From contig CAYXKW010000003.1 of assembly GCA_964464695.1 (NCBI GenBank), positions 10,577 to 74,576 of the forward strand: a stretch of DNA of 64,000 nt, read 5' to 3'. This document shows positions 31,007-40,353 of the stretch, one piece after another; position 1 is the first letter of the stretch; each line of letters opens with the position of its first letter. A program made the translations under genes and the position numbers. The notes beneath the pieces were generated by a model. It had not been told where the DNA came from and did no database searches. It was given only the letters and a program-made list of their open reading frames with translations. This stretch comes from an uncultured Candidatus Saccharibacteria bacterium. Its GTDB lineage: Bacteria; Patescibacteriota; Minisyncoccia; Phycocordibacterales; UBA5272.

Positions 31007-32836
31007 ATGGGACTATTTGATTTTTTAAACAAAAAGAAGGAAGAGCCGTCAGGTGGCTCACTTATCACACCCGTTCTTCCAGACCAGGTCTACAAAGTTG
31101 CGGAAATGCAGCTCAAAGATATCATCGCACCGAGCGCTCTTGAGATACAACCAAAGGCACTTAACCTTGGGACAACAATTGTGCGTTCATTTTTTGTTAT
31201 CTCATATCCTAGATACCTTACTGATAATTGGCTCAGTCCGATTATTAACTTAGACAAGGTGTTTGATATTGCAATTCACGTTGTTCCACTTAACACTGGC
31301 GAAATCATGAAAACATTCCAACGTAAAGTTGCGGAAGTGGAAAGTCAGATTATGATTCGTGATGAAAAGGGGCTCGTACGAGATCCAACACTTGACGTTG
31401 CCTACCAAGACTTAGAAGACCTCCGTGACGGACTTACTCAGGCTCAGGAAAAAATGTTTGAGGTCTCCCTCTACATCACACTCTACGGATATACAAATGA
31501 GGAACTTGATAAATCAGAAAATGAAATCAAAAATATTCTTGAAAGTAAGCTTGTCTACGTAAAACCAGCACTCTTTCAACAAGACACTGGTTTTGTTTCT
31601 ACTATTCCTGTAGGACAAGATCTTCTTCAAATAAAAAACAAACTAAACACTTCTCCTCTTTCATCTTTTTTCCCGTTTGTATCATTTGATCTTTCGTCAG
31701 ACAAAGGTATTTTATATGGACTCAATCGTCATAATGGAAGTCTCATTCTTTTTGATAGATATTCACTTGAAAACTACAACTCTATTGTTTTTGCAAAATC
31801 TGGTTCTGGAAAAAGTTATTTCACAAAACTAGAAATTTTAAGAACACTCATGTTTGAAACAGAAGTTATTATCATCGACCCAGAACGAGAATACGAATTC
31901 TTAGCTGAATCTGTTGGGGGAAGGTACTTTGATATTTCTCTTGTTGGGAATCACCACATCAATCCATTTGACCTCCCTCATCCAACACAAGATGAATCAC
32001 CGTCTGAAGTGCTTCGCTCGAACATTGTTAACCTCGTTGGGCTTTTCCGTGTAATGCTTGGAGGTCTTACTCCGGAAGAAGACGCAATTATCGACCAAGC
32101 TATTACAGAAACATATGCACTTAAAGATATTAATGGGGAAAATGACTTTACACGACTTGAACCACCACTTCTTTCAGACTTCGAAACAGTGCTTGAGGGG
32201 ATAGACGGGTCAGAAAGTTTATTACAAAGACTTTCTAAATATACACGTGGGACATGGTCTGGATTTATTAATCAACCATCTAATGTTGATATTAATAAAA
32301 AACTTGTTTGTTTCTCTATTCGAGATATGGAGGAAGAGCTCAAACCAGTTGCGATGTATATCATTACACACTTCATTTGGAATGCGGTACGAAAGCACCT
32401 TAAGAAGAGACTCCTTGTTGTGGATGAAGCGTGGATTATGATGAAAAATGATGACACTGCATCATTCCTTTTTAGTCTTGCGAAACGTGGAAGAAAATAT
32501 TATCTTGGACTTGCCACAATCACTCAAGACGTTGGGGACTTCCTCAAGTCACCGTACGGTCTACCTATTATTACCAACTCCTCGATTCAGATTCTCCTTA
32601 AACAATCTCCTTCATCAATTGATATCGTTCAAAAAACATTTAACCTTACCAATGAAGAAAAATATCTACTCCTGGAGTCCGGTGTCGGAGAGGGCATATT
32701 CTTTGCAGGACTAAAGCATGTGGCCATAAAAGTGGTAGCTTCATATACTGAGGACCAAATTATTACTAGTGACCCTTCTCAACTTCTTAAAATCCAGAAG
32801 ATGAAAGAAGAAGTTTCAGAATCAAAAGGTGTATGA
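31007..32836 (+). CDS. VirB4/TraC-like type IV secretion ATPase
   Basis: Walker A AKSGSGKS, IIDPEREY, INPFD, Walker B VVDEAW, RGRKY, TQD. Confidence 0.9.
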   Translation: MGLFDFLNKKKEEPSGGSLITPVLPDQVYKVAEMQLKDIIAPSALEIQPKALNLGTTIVRSFFVISYPRYLTDNWLSPIINLDKVFDIAIHVVPLNTGEIMKTFQRKVAEVESQIMIRDEKGLVRDPTLDVAYQDLEDLRDGLTQAQEKMFEVSLYITLYGYTNEELDKSENEIKNILESKLVYVKPALFQQDTGFVSTIPVGQDLLQIKNKLNTSPLSSFFPFVSFDLSSDKGILYGLNRHNGSLILFDRYSLENYNSIVFAKSGSGKSYFTKLEILRTLMFETEVIIIDPEREYEFLAESVGGRYFDISLVGNHHINPFDLPHPTQDESPSEVLRSNIVNLVGLFRVMLGGLTPEEDAIIDQAITETYALKDINGENDFTRLEPPLLSDFETVLEGIDGSESLLQRLSKYTRGTWSGFINQPSNVDINKKLVCFSIRDMEEELKPVAMYIITHFIWNAVRKHLKKRLLVVDEAWIMMKNDDTASFLFSLAKRGRKYYLGLATITQDVGDFLKSPYGLPIITNSSIQILLKQSPSSIDIVQKTFNLTNEEKYLLLESGVGEGIFFAGLKHVAIKVVASYTEDQIITSDPSQLLKIQKMKEEVSESKGV

Positions 32837-33804
32837 AAAAAATAATCACCTCATTTCTTTTTTTTGGAGCTGCATTAGTATGTTCTTTATCACTAACACA
32901 TGCTCAAGTTTCTGCCACAATTGAGCTGTACCCAAAAAACCCAGAACCAAAAAGTGATGTAACACTTACCTTTAAAAGTTATTCATTTGATGCAAATACA
33001 GCTTCTCTTGTTTGGACAGTAAATGGTAAAAAGGTTCTTGAAGGGGAAGGGGAAACAAAACTAATAGTAAGAACAGGGGAGGTTGGCGACGCTATAACTG
33101 TTACCGTCAGAGCATCCACGCAGGGCGGGTTTACTACTGCTCAGTCAATAACTGTTACCCCAGCATCAGTTATGATAATGTATGAATCACCAAAAAGTTA
33201 TGTTCCACTTCTGTATGAAGGTAAATCTCTTCCAGGTGAGGGGGCTTTAATCCGAGTATCAGCATTTCCTTCTATCGGAGATAGCGGAGGAATAACACCT
33301 CCTTCAAAACTTTCATATACATGGTACATCAATGACACTCTTTTTAAAGATGTCTCGGGCGCCGGTAAACAGTCTGCTCTTATTAGATTGGACTATCTTC
33401 AGTCAAAAAATACCATAAAAGTTATAGTACGTAGCCCATCAGGTGCTTCTGCAGAAAAAACTATCACTATCTATCCCCATGCGGTCATGCCACTTTTGTA
33501 TACCTTTGACAGTGTTCTTGGGGTAAATTACACAAAATTAATTGATAAACGTTTTGAGACAGTGAATGAATTTATTGTCTCACTTGAGCCATTTTATGTT
33601 TCTGATGAAGAAACAAAGAGGGCATCATTTGTTTGGTATTTGGATGGTTTTCCTTCTACTCCACTTGGAGGAAGAATCCTTGCTCTTCAACCAAAAGAAA
33701 ATAGTTACGGCACAAAAATGCTCAGTATTGATGTCTATGGAACTGACAAAAGACTTCAAAAAGCATCAATAAAAACTGAGCTTATTTTTGATACTAGAAA
33801 ATAA
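32833..33804 (+). CDS. Secreted protein with tandem Ig/PKD-like beta domains
   Basis: Signal peptide; repeated WTVNG/WYIND/WYLDG motifs. Confidence 0.65.
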   Translation: MKKIITSFLFFGAALVCSLSLTHAQVSATIELYPKNPEPKSDVTLTFKSYSFDANTASLVWTVNGKKVLEGEGETKLIVRTGEVGDAITVTVRASTQGGFTTAQSITVTPASVMIMYESPKSYVPLLYEGKSLPGEGALIRVSAFPSIGDSGGITPPSKLSYTWYINDTLFKDVSGAGKQSALIRLDYLQSKNTIKVIVRSPSGASAEKTITIYPHAVMPLLYTFDSVLGVNYTKLIDKRFETVNEFIVSLEPFYVSDEETKRASFVWYLDGFPSTPLGGRILALQPKENSYGTKMLSIDVYGTDKRLQKASIKTELIFDTRK

Positions 33805-33857
33805 AAACCATACACCTTCTTTGAAGATGGGTATTTGTTGATATACTACACACAAAC

Positions 33858-34718
33858 ATGGCCTCATATACGCAACTCGAACCTGCTGCATTTCAATCAT
33901 TGGGAATAACTACTAACACTTCCTTTAATGGCGCAGATGTTTCATTCTTCACCACAACCTCCTTTCTCTATACCTTATGTTTTATTGCAATAGTAGGAGC
34001 TGCATTTTATAGATATGTACTTGTAGGGGTATACAGAATGGAAGCGTCCGAGAGTGGAATACGAAAGAGTAATGAGACATTTAAAAAGACGACTCTTGGA
34101 TTACTTGGGGTGTTCGCACTTTTTTTGATTATTGCGACGTTGAATAGTCAGTTGTTGACGGGGAATGTGGGATTAGAGGAACTTCAATCAAAACCTGCAG
34201 CCCCTGCAGCACCAGTTACTCAGTCATCCGGAGGAACGACAGGAACAAATCCCATTGCACAAGCTCCTTCTGGAGTAACAAATCCTACAATTCCAACTAA
34301 CAATAATGACCCCGTAGGTTGGGGGGCAATTAGTGCTGATCCAGTTGTAAGAACCCAGTTAAGATCATTGCCAAATGGTGGAATAACCGTAAACAAGAAT
34401 GTTTGCCAAGCTCCAACCCTAACCCAATGCACAACAGTTGGTGGTTGGCCAGCAGAAACTCCTTCAATGTTGGCTACATTAAGACAGACTTGTGGTGGTA
34501 ATATTGAAGTTACAGGAGGGACTGAAGCTGGACACTCATCACACGGACCTGGTAGAACAGCCGTTGATCTTTCGTTAAATGACTCAACTCTCGAAGCTTG
34601 TATTAGATCTTTTCCTGTTGGACCTCAAAAAAGTTTCTGTAGGGTCACCTATATTAAATTTGGTTATCTTTTTTGTGATGAGTTAGGTGTTAGACATTGG
34701 CACGTTTACCAACAGTAG
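33858..34718 (+). CDS. Pilin-like (VirB2-type two-TM) N-terminus fused to putative M15-like Zn peptidase domain
   Basis: Two TM helices, Pro-rich linker, then GHSSHGPGRTAVDL...HWHV (HxxxxxxxD...H, MD-clan-like). Confidence 0.6.
   Translation: MASYTQLEPAAFQSLGITTNTSFNGADVSFFTTTSFLYTLCFIAIVGAAFYRYVLVGVYRMEASESGIRKSNETFKKTTLGLLGVFALFLIIATLNSQLLTGNVGLEELQSKPAAPAAPVTQSSGGTTGTNPIAQAPSGVTNPTIPTNNNDPVGWGAISADPVVRTQLRSLPNGGITVNKNVCQAPTLTQCTTVGGWPAETPSMLATLRQTCGGNIEVTGGTEAGHSSHGPGRTAVDLSLNDSTLEACIRSFPVGPQKSFCRVTYIKFGYLFCDELGVRHWHVYQQ
33935..34172 (+). repeat. 238-bp direct repeat, copy 1
   Basis: Identical to 36165..36402 by direct comparison. Confidence 0.95.
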
Positions 34719-34792
34719 AATCAGACAGCTGCCACTATGCTCTATAGCTAGAGTTCTCTCAGTTCTGTTATAATCTCTGCTATACTTCTCAT

Positions 34793-36088
34793 ATGGAAAA
34801 TAATAGTAATCGTCGAATACTTTTTGCAGTTGGGTTCGTTATGTTTTTTTCGGTGATTATTATTATTTGGTACTTTTTTTATGCTAAACCAATAATTGCC
34901 CCAACACTTTCTGAGACAAATAATCCTTTTCCTGTTAAACAACTTCCTCCACGATTTCAATTTCTTAACTGGGGAGGGGAAGCTTCCACTTCAACAACAG
35001 AAGTAACTGATCCACTTTCTGTACCACTTGTGAGAATTTGGGATAAGCCAGCAACAGGTCAAACATTTATTACTCAAAATATACTACAAGAAATTACTTC
35101 AACAAGCACAGAGGGGACAACAACTATACAAGTAAAGAAAACAGTTCGTGCCACTTCAACGGTTGTTTTATTCGTTGACAGAACTACCGGATACATATAC
35201 GGATATCCAGTAGAAACAGGAAAACCTTACCAGATAAGTAACACAATTCTACCTGGAATACATGATGCTTACTTTTTTGAAAATGGTAAAAAAGTAATCA
35301 TGAGATATCTTGACCAAGATAAGAATAGGATAGTCGGAGTAATTGGCACACTCCCAAATGTTAAAGATAACGAAATGGCTTTACCTCTTACAAATATTCA
35401 ATACCTATCATCTCAAGTGACCAGTATTGCAACTAACGAAAAGAAAGATACAATTTCTTATATTGTTGCAAATGACAATGGAAGTGCTATATACACAATC
35501 GGAACTAAAGGCCCTGTTCTTGTAACCTCATCACCATTTAAAGAATGGGAGCTCTCCTACGGAGGGGATTCTCTCTACGTAACGACAAAACCTTCAGCAT
35601 ATAGTAACGGTGTAACCTTATCAGTTCCGTCATTTCAGCCTGAAATAACTGAGAAGACAGGTCTACTAAGTACCCCGACTTCTGGAAAAGTAATGTTACA
35701 CAGCATGTGGGGGTCTCAAGGACTTGCAACATTTATATCAGATGTATCTGGTATAAAGATACTCAATATAAAAACACTGGCGTCCAAATGTTCATGGGGT
35801 GAGAGAAAATTTTTAGTGTGTGCTGTTCCACGAATACTCCCTCGAGCAGTTGAAGGGTTACCTGATGACTGGTACCAAGGGAGGGTTTCATTTACTGATG
35901 ATCTCTTTATTATTGAGCAAACAACGGGTGAAAAATATCCATTATACAATTTTAAAGATGATGATGATGGGGTTTTTGATGTTACAAATATTTCTTTTTC
36001 TACTGCTAACACGTATTTTAGTTTTAATAACAAAAAAGATGCAAGTTTGTGGATGATTAATACTTCACTTCTTGGTGGAGATCAATAG
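34793..36088 (+). CDS. Membrane-anchored beta-rich (propeller-like) hypothetical protein
   Basis: N-terminal TM; CAVP...LPDDWYQG motif. Confidence 0.7.
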   Translation: MENNSNRRILFAVGFVMFFSVIIIIWYFFYAKPIIAPTLSETNNPFPVKQLPPRFQFLNWGGEASTSTTEVTDPLSVPLVRIWDKPATGQTFITQNILQEITSTSTEGTTTIQVKKTVRATSTVVLFVDRTTGYIYGYPVETGKPYQISNTILPGIHDAYFFENGKKVIMRYLDQDKNRIVGVIGTLPNVKDNEMALPLTNIQYLSSQVTSIATNEKKDTISYIVANDNGSAIYTIGTKGPVLVTSSPFKEWELSYGGDSLYVTTKPSAYSNGVTLSVPSFQPEITEKTGLLSTPTSGKVMLHSMWGSQGLATFISDVSGIKILNIKTLASKCSWGERKFLVCAVPRILPRAVEGLPDDWYQGRVSFTDDLFIIEQTTGEKYPLYNFKDDDDGVFDVTNISFSTANTYFSFNNKKDASLWMINTSLLGGDQ

Positions 36089-36090
36089 GT

Positions 36091-37077
36091 ATGGTACAGT
36101 ATCAACCTCTCGAACCCTCCTCATTCCAGTCATTAGGAATTACTTCTCCTTCCTTCAACGGAGAAGATGTTTCATTCTTCACCACAACCTCCTTTCTCTA
36201 TACCTTATGTTTTATTGCAATAGTAGGAGCTGCATTTTATAGATATGTACTTGTAGGGGTATACAGAATGGAAGCGTCCGAGAGTGGAATACGAAAGAGT
36301 AATGAGACATTTAAAAAGACGACTCTTGGATTACTTGGGGTGTTCGCACTTTTTTTGATTATTGCGACGTTGAATAGTCAGTTGTTGACGGGGAATGTGG
36401 GACTGTCTGATCTTACTGTGAACGGTGTTAGATCTGGTGCAGCAGTAACCAATCCAATAAATACTCAAGTAAACACAGGCTCAGGGAGTGGTAGTAGCTC
36501 GCGATCGTGTGAAACAACCGAAGCAACAATCACTAAACTTACTTCCACTGGTGGTATTTGTGGTGGGACAGCATGTACTATTTTATCCGGTTGTAACTAC
36601 CAACAGTACTCGTCAATTATAGATCAAGAAGTTGCAGGTAATACTGATCTTAGAAAGATGATAATTGTAACTATGTGCAAAGAGTCTCGAGCGCAGGTAA
36701 ATGCTGCAGGAAATAATCCAAATGGAACGTTTGATTGTGGGCTAATGCAAATCAATCAACCAACTCCATGTGACGCAACTATTTTAAACCCTGCAGAAAA
36801 TATTCGTCGAGGAGTAGCACTTATGAAAGAAAAAATAAGACTTACTTCTCAAACATATCAAAATATACCTGCAGAAACTGGACCTTTTTCATCGTACAAT
36901 TGCTGTGCAAACGGCACTGTTCCAAATGCTCCAAGTGCTGATTGTACTACCGCTAATGGCTTTCCTTTTGCGATCCCTAAATGGGCATGTCCAATCAACC
37001 CAGGAGAGAGTTCTTCAAATATGTGTACTGTAAAAAATTACGCTTGTGAGCTGAGTGTCTGTATGAAGCAACTATAA
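36091..37077 (+). CDS. Pilin-like N-terminus fused to Cys-rich lytic transglycosylase (SLT) domain
   Basis: Same N-terminal module as 33858; CKESR...DCGLMQIN...NPAENIRRG...YN SLT motifs. Confidence 0.78.
   Translation: MVQYQPLEPSSFQSLGITSPSFNGEDVSFFTTTSFLYTLCFIAIVGAAFYRYVLVGVYRMEASESGIRKSNETFKKTTLGLLGVFALFLIIATLNSQLLTGNVGLSDLTVNGVRSGAAVTNPINTQVNTGSGSGSSSRSCETTEATITKLTSTGGICGGTACTILSGCNYQQYSSIIDQEVAGNTDLRKMIIVTMCKESRAQVNAAGNNPNGTFDCGLMQINQPTPCDATILNPAENIRRGVALMKEKIRLTSQTYQNIPAETGPFSSYNCCANGTVPNAPSADCTTANGFPFAIPKWACPINPGESSSNMCTVKNYACELSVCMKQL
36165..36402 (+). repeat. 238-bp direct repeat, copy 2
   Basis: Identical to 33935..34172. Confidence 0.95.
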
Positions 37078-37218
37078 ATATATAAATAAAAAATTATCAC
37101 AGCAATCTGATGAGGTGCTTGAATACTTCACCTCACTTCTCCCGCTCTACAACACAAACAAAAAACTACCTCGAGGTAGTTTTTTATATTACATTTAGAA
37201 ATTATCTGTAAAAAAACT

Positions 37219-38082
37219 TTATCTATGTTTTTTGTATTTCTTATTTCTCTTATCCTTTTTACCAGATGAGTGAATTTCTTCTTTAACTTCTTTAACAATT
37301 TCTAGCCCTTCTTCTTCAACTTCCTTAATAACATCAAATGCTTCACCTCTAATGAGAGGAGGGGCAAGGTGGGCCAATTTTCGCTTCATATGAACATCTA
37401 GAGCGTAACTTGCTGTGTTACTGATGAACCAGTAGAGGCCAAGGGCAGAGGGAAGAGCCATCGCTGAAACTGCGATAATAATTGGAAGAACATACAATAA
37501 CTGTATCTTCATAGACTTCATAAAATGAGCCTGGAAAGATTCTTTATCTTTATTATTCTGAGAGCCACTCATATCCATAGTTTGTGTCTGACGACGAGCC
37601 AAGAAATAGGAAGAAATGCCTGCAAGAAGTGCAATTACTATATTCTTTTCTGTTACGTCAAAAACACCAAAGGCTACAGTATGTAGAGATTCTGGGAAAG
37701 TCACAAATGAATAAATAGACTTTGGATCATCAATCAATCCTTTAGAGAAAACGATATAGAGTGCAATAAATATTGGAATCTGTAATATCATCGCAAACAA
37801 AGAAGAAAAAGGATTTATTTTCTGTGTTCTATAAAGTGCAACCATCTGCTTAGACGCACCTTGTGGGTCTGTTTTCTGCATTTCCTTAATCTTATTCATT
37901 TCAGGTTCAATCTTCTTCATCATGTACTGCGTACGAAGAGCAGACATGTTAAATGGAAGTAAAATTGCCTTTACAATAAGGGTTACAATAACAATTGCTG
38001 CTCCAATATCATGAAGAGGGACAAAAGTAAGTACTATAACAAGGAGGTTATAGACTGGTTCGTAAAATAGTGTGTGGAACAT
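37219..38082 (-). CDS. yidC: Membrane protein insertase YidC
   Basis: TLIVKAILLP, INPFS..LQIPIF, ALGLYW; downstream of rnpA. Confidence 0.93.
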   Translation of the reverse strand: MFHTLFYEPVYNLLVIVLTFVPLHDIGAAIVIVTLIVKAILLPFNMSALRTQYMMKKIEPEMNKIKEMQKTDPQGASKQMVALYRTQKINPFSSLFAMILQIPIFIALYIVFSKGLIDDPKSIYSFVTFPESLHTVAFGVFDVTEKNIVIALLAGISSYFLARRQTQTMDMSGSQNNKDKESFQAHFMKSMKIQLLYVLPIIIAVSAMALPSALGLYWFISNTASYALDVHMKRKLAHLAPPLIRGEAFDVIKEVEEEGLEIVKEVKEEIHSSGKKDKRNKKYKKHR

Positions 38083-38084
38083 AA

Positions 38085-38399
38085 TTAATGTAGTGTATCA
38101 AATGCTTTCTGTATTTCCTCCTGCAATAACCTAAAAGGGGCCGTTTGACTATTCTTTTTAGGATAAAAAATAAATGAGTAAGGAGAAGGAGGTTTGATTG
38201 TGATAAGTATACTAAATATCCTTCTTTTTATAAGATTCCTGTCTACTGCACGTTTTAAGGTTTTTTTTGAAGTCACACAGGCAACCTTTTGTGTTTGAAG
38301 GGTTACACCTGCAACATCAAATAATTCACCACGAAAAAAGACTTTTGGTCTTTTTTCGTTAAAATCTTCTTTAGTGAGTCGCTTCGACTTTGGAAGCAT
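38085..38399 (-). CDS. rnpA: Ribonuclease P protein component
   Basis: MLPKSKRL, SKK..KRAVDRNLIKRR; rpmH-rnpA-yidC synteny. Confidence 0.9.
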   Translation of the reverse strand: MLPKSKRLTKEDFNEKRPKVFFRGELFDVAGVTLQTQKVACVTSKKTLKRAVDRNLIKRRIFSILITIKPPSPYSFIFYPKKNSQTAPFRLLQEEIQKAFDTLH

Positions 38400-38422
38400 A
38401 TTTAAAAATCAGATAAGAAAGC

Positions 38423-38557
38423 TTAAACAGAAAGCTTTTTACGTCCAATACTTCGACGACGAGCAAGGACTTTACGTCCTCCTTTTGAAGCCATACGTAC
38501 GAGAAAACCGTGTGTTGTTGCTCGCTTCTTTTTCTTAGGTTGGTATGTGATTGACAT
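38423..38557 (-). CDS. rpmH: 50S ribosomal protein L34 (not in ORF track)
   Basis: [44 protein letters not shown]. Confidence 0.95.
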   Translation of the reverse strand: MSITYQPKKKKRATTHGFLVRMASKGGRKVLARRRSIGRKKLSV

Positions 38558-38749
38558 GGCGGTATTCTACAGGAATATTGATAATAAATCAACTAAGTGT
38601 AGATTCTAGAAAATAGAATGTAGAATACAGATACAATATATATTTCTATATTTTTAAAAAGTTTTTCTATATTCTATACTCTAATATCTAGACTCTATCT
38701 ATACGTCAAGTTGTGACAAATTTTCACACGTGTATACTAACAGGTAACT

Positions 38750-40087
38750 ATGGATTATCTACAACTTTGGAATAGCGCTTTATCCCAGATTGAGATAGAA
38801 CTTTCTCGAGTTAACTTTAATACGTGGTTCAAAAATACTCGTATTATTGATTACAAAGATGGAGAGGTTACAATTGGTGTTCCTAATGAGTTCGTTAAAG
38901 ATTGGCTCAATCAGAAATATCATAAGTTTATTTTAAGAATTCTAAGAACTATTCATGAAGGGGTTCGTTCTGTTGTCTTTACGGTTGTAAAACCAGAGGC
39001 TCTTCAAAAGAAGGCTCAACATATTACAATTACTGGTCAAACACTCCCACTTCAGGATTTATATATCAATAAAGATGATGGTCTTAATCCACGATATACC
39101 TTTGATACTTTTATCGTTGGTTCTTTTAATGAAGTAGCATATGCTTGCTCTCAAGCAGTTATTAATGGTTTAGGAATTGTTTATAATCCTTTGTTTATTT
39201 ACGGCAGTACAGGGCTTGGAAAGACACACCTCATGCAAGCAATGGGGAATACCATTAAGAAAAAGTATCCAGATAGAAAAGTTTTTTATACATCCATTGA
39301 AAAATTCTACATGGACTATGTAAGTGCAACGAATTTGAATAAAATAAATAGTTTTAAAGAAAAATATAGAAAATTTGATGTCTTTATTATGGATGATATT
39401 CAATTCATTAATGGGAAAGAACGTACTCAGGATGAACTTTTCCATCTATTTAATGCTTTATATGAAATGAATAAACAAATTATTTTTTCATCAGATAAAC
39501 ATCCTAATTTAATTACAGGGTTAGAAGATAGATTACGTTCACGTTTTAATCATGGAATGATTGTTGATGTTAATATTCCATCAGTAGAATCAAGACTTGC
39601 GATCTTGCAATCAAAAACAAAAGATCATCGAGAAAAAATTCCGCATGAGGTTCTTCAATATATTGCAGATACAATTCAAGGTAATATTCGTGAACTAGAA
39701 GGGGTTATGACTTTAATTCTTGGACATATTCAAATTAAACAGCAAGCAATTTCACTTCTTGATGTTAAAAATCTCCTTAAAAATAGTGTACGAGCGAAAA
39801 AAAGTATATCTATTCCAGAAATAGTAAAAATAATTTCAGAATACTATCATATTCCTGATGTTTATATTTATAACAAGACTCGTAGAAAAGATGTTGTAAA
39901 ACCTCGTCAAATTGTTATGTATATTTTACGAGAAGATTTTGATATTTCTTATCCAATGATTGGTGATAGATTAGGAGGTCGTGATCACACTACCGTAATT
40001 CACTCGTATGAAAAAATAAAAGGATTACTTAAAGATAATCCTCAACTTTCCAGAGAAATTGAAGACATTCGAGCAATGTTAGTCTAA
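38750..40087 (+). CDS. dnaA: Chromosomal replication initiator
   Basis: LNPRYTFDTF, YNPLFIYGSTGLGKTHL, DDIQF, NIRELEG, GRDHTTVIH. Confidence 0.98.
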   Translation: MDYLQLWNSALSQIEIELSRVNFNTWFKNTRIIDYKDGEVTIGVPNEFVKDWLNQKYHKFILRILRTIHEGVRSVVFTVVKPEALQKKAQHITITGQTLPLQDLYINKDDGLNPRYTFDTFIVGSFNEVAYACSQAVINGLGIVYNPLFIYGSTGLGKTHLMQAMGNTIKKKYPDRKVFYTSIEKFYMDYVSATNLNKINSFKEKYRKFDVFIMDDIQFINGKERTQDELFHLFNALYEMNKQIIFSSDKHPNLITGLEDRLRSRFNHGMIVDVNIPSVESRLAILQSKTKDHREKIPHEVLQYIADTIQGNIRELEGVMTLILGHIQIKQQAISLLDVKNLLKNSVRAKKSISIPEIVKIISEYYHIPDVYIYNKTRRKDVVKPRQIVMYILREDFDISYPMIGDRLGGRDHTTVIHSYEKIKGLLKDNPQLSREIEDIRAMLV

Positions 40088-40353
40088 ATATCTACTCAAT
40101 TGAGTAGATATTTTAATTTAATTTTGGAACTGTGGAAATCTCTGTGTATAACCAATCAACAACATAGTAATAACCTACTTAGTTATCCTTTTAATAATTA
40201 TAGAATTCATAGTTTTACACACATTTTGAATTCTGTATCTAATTACTAAAGATAATTGATTTCTAAATTATTATTATTTTATAAAGGTTTTATCTTTATC
40301 AACATCATCCCCAGACCTATACTTAGTATTATATTTTATATATACTAATACCT
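40088..40353. promoter_or_regulatory. Probable oriC (dnaA-dnaN intergenic)
   Basis: DnaA-box matches TGTGTATAA (40143-40151) and TTTTACACA (40213-40221), near-match TGTGGAAAT (40131-40139); very AT-rich; sampled + strand genes look C-rich to the left and G-rich to the right. Confidence 0.72.

Noticed and set aside
33935-36402. Diversity-generating retroelement TR/VR pair
   Set aside because: The copies are identical (no adenine-specific differences), lie at the N-terminus, and no reverse transcriptase is present.
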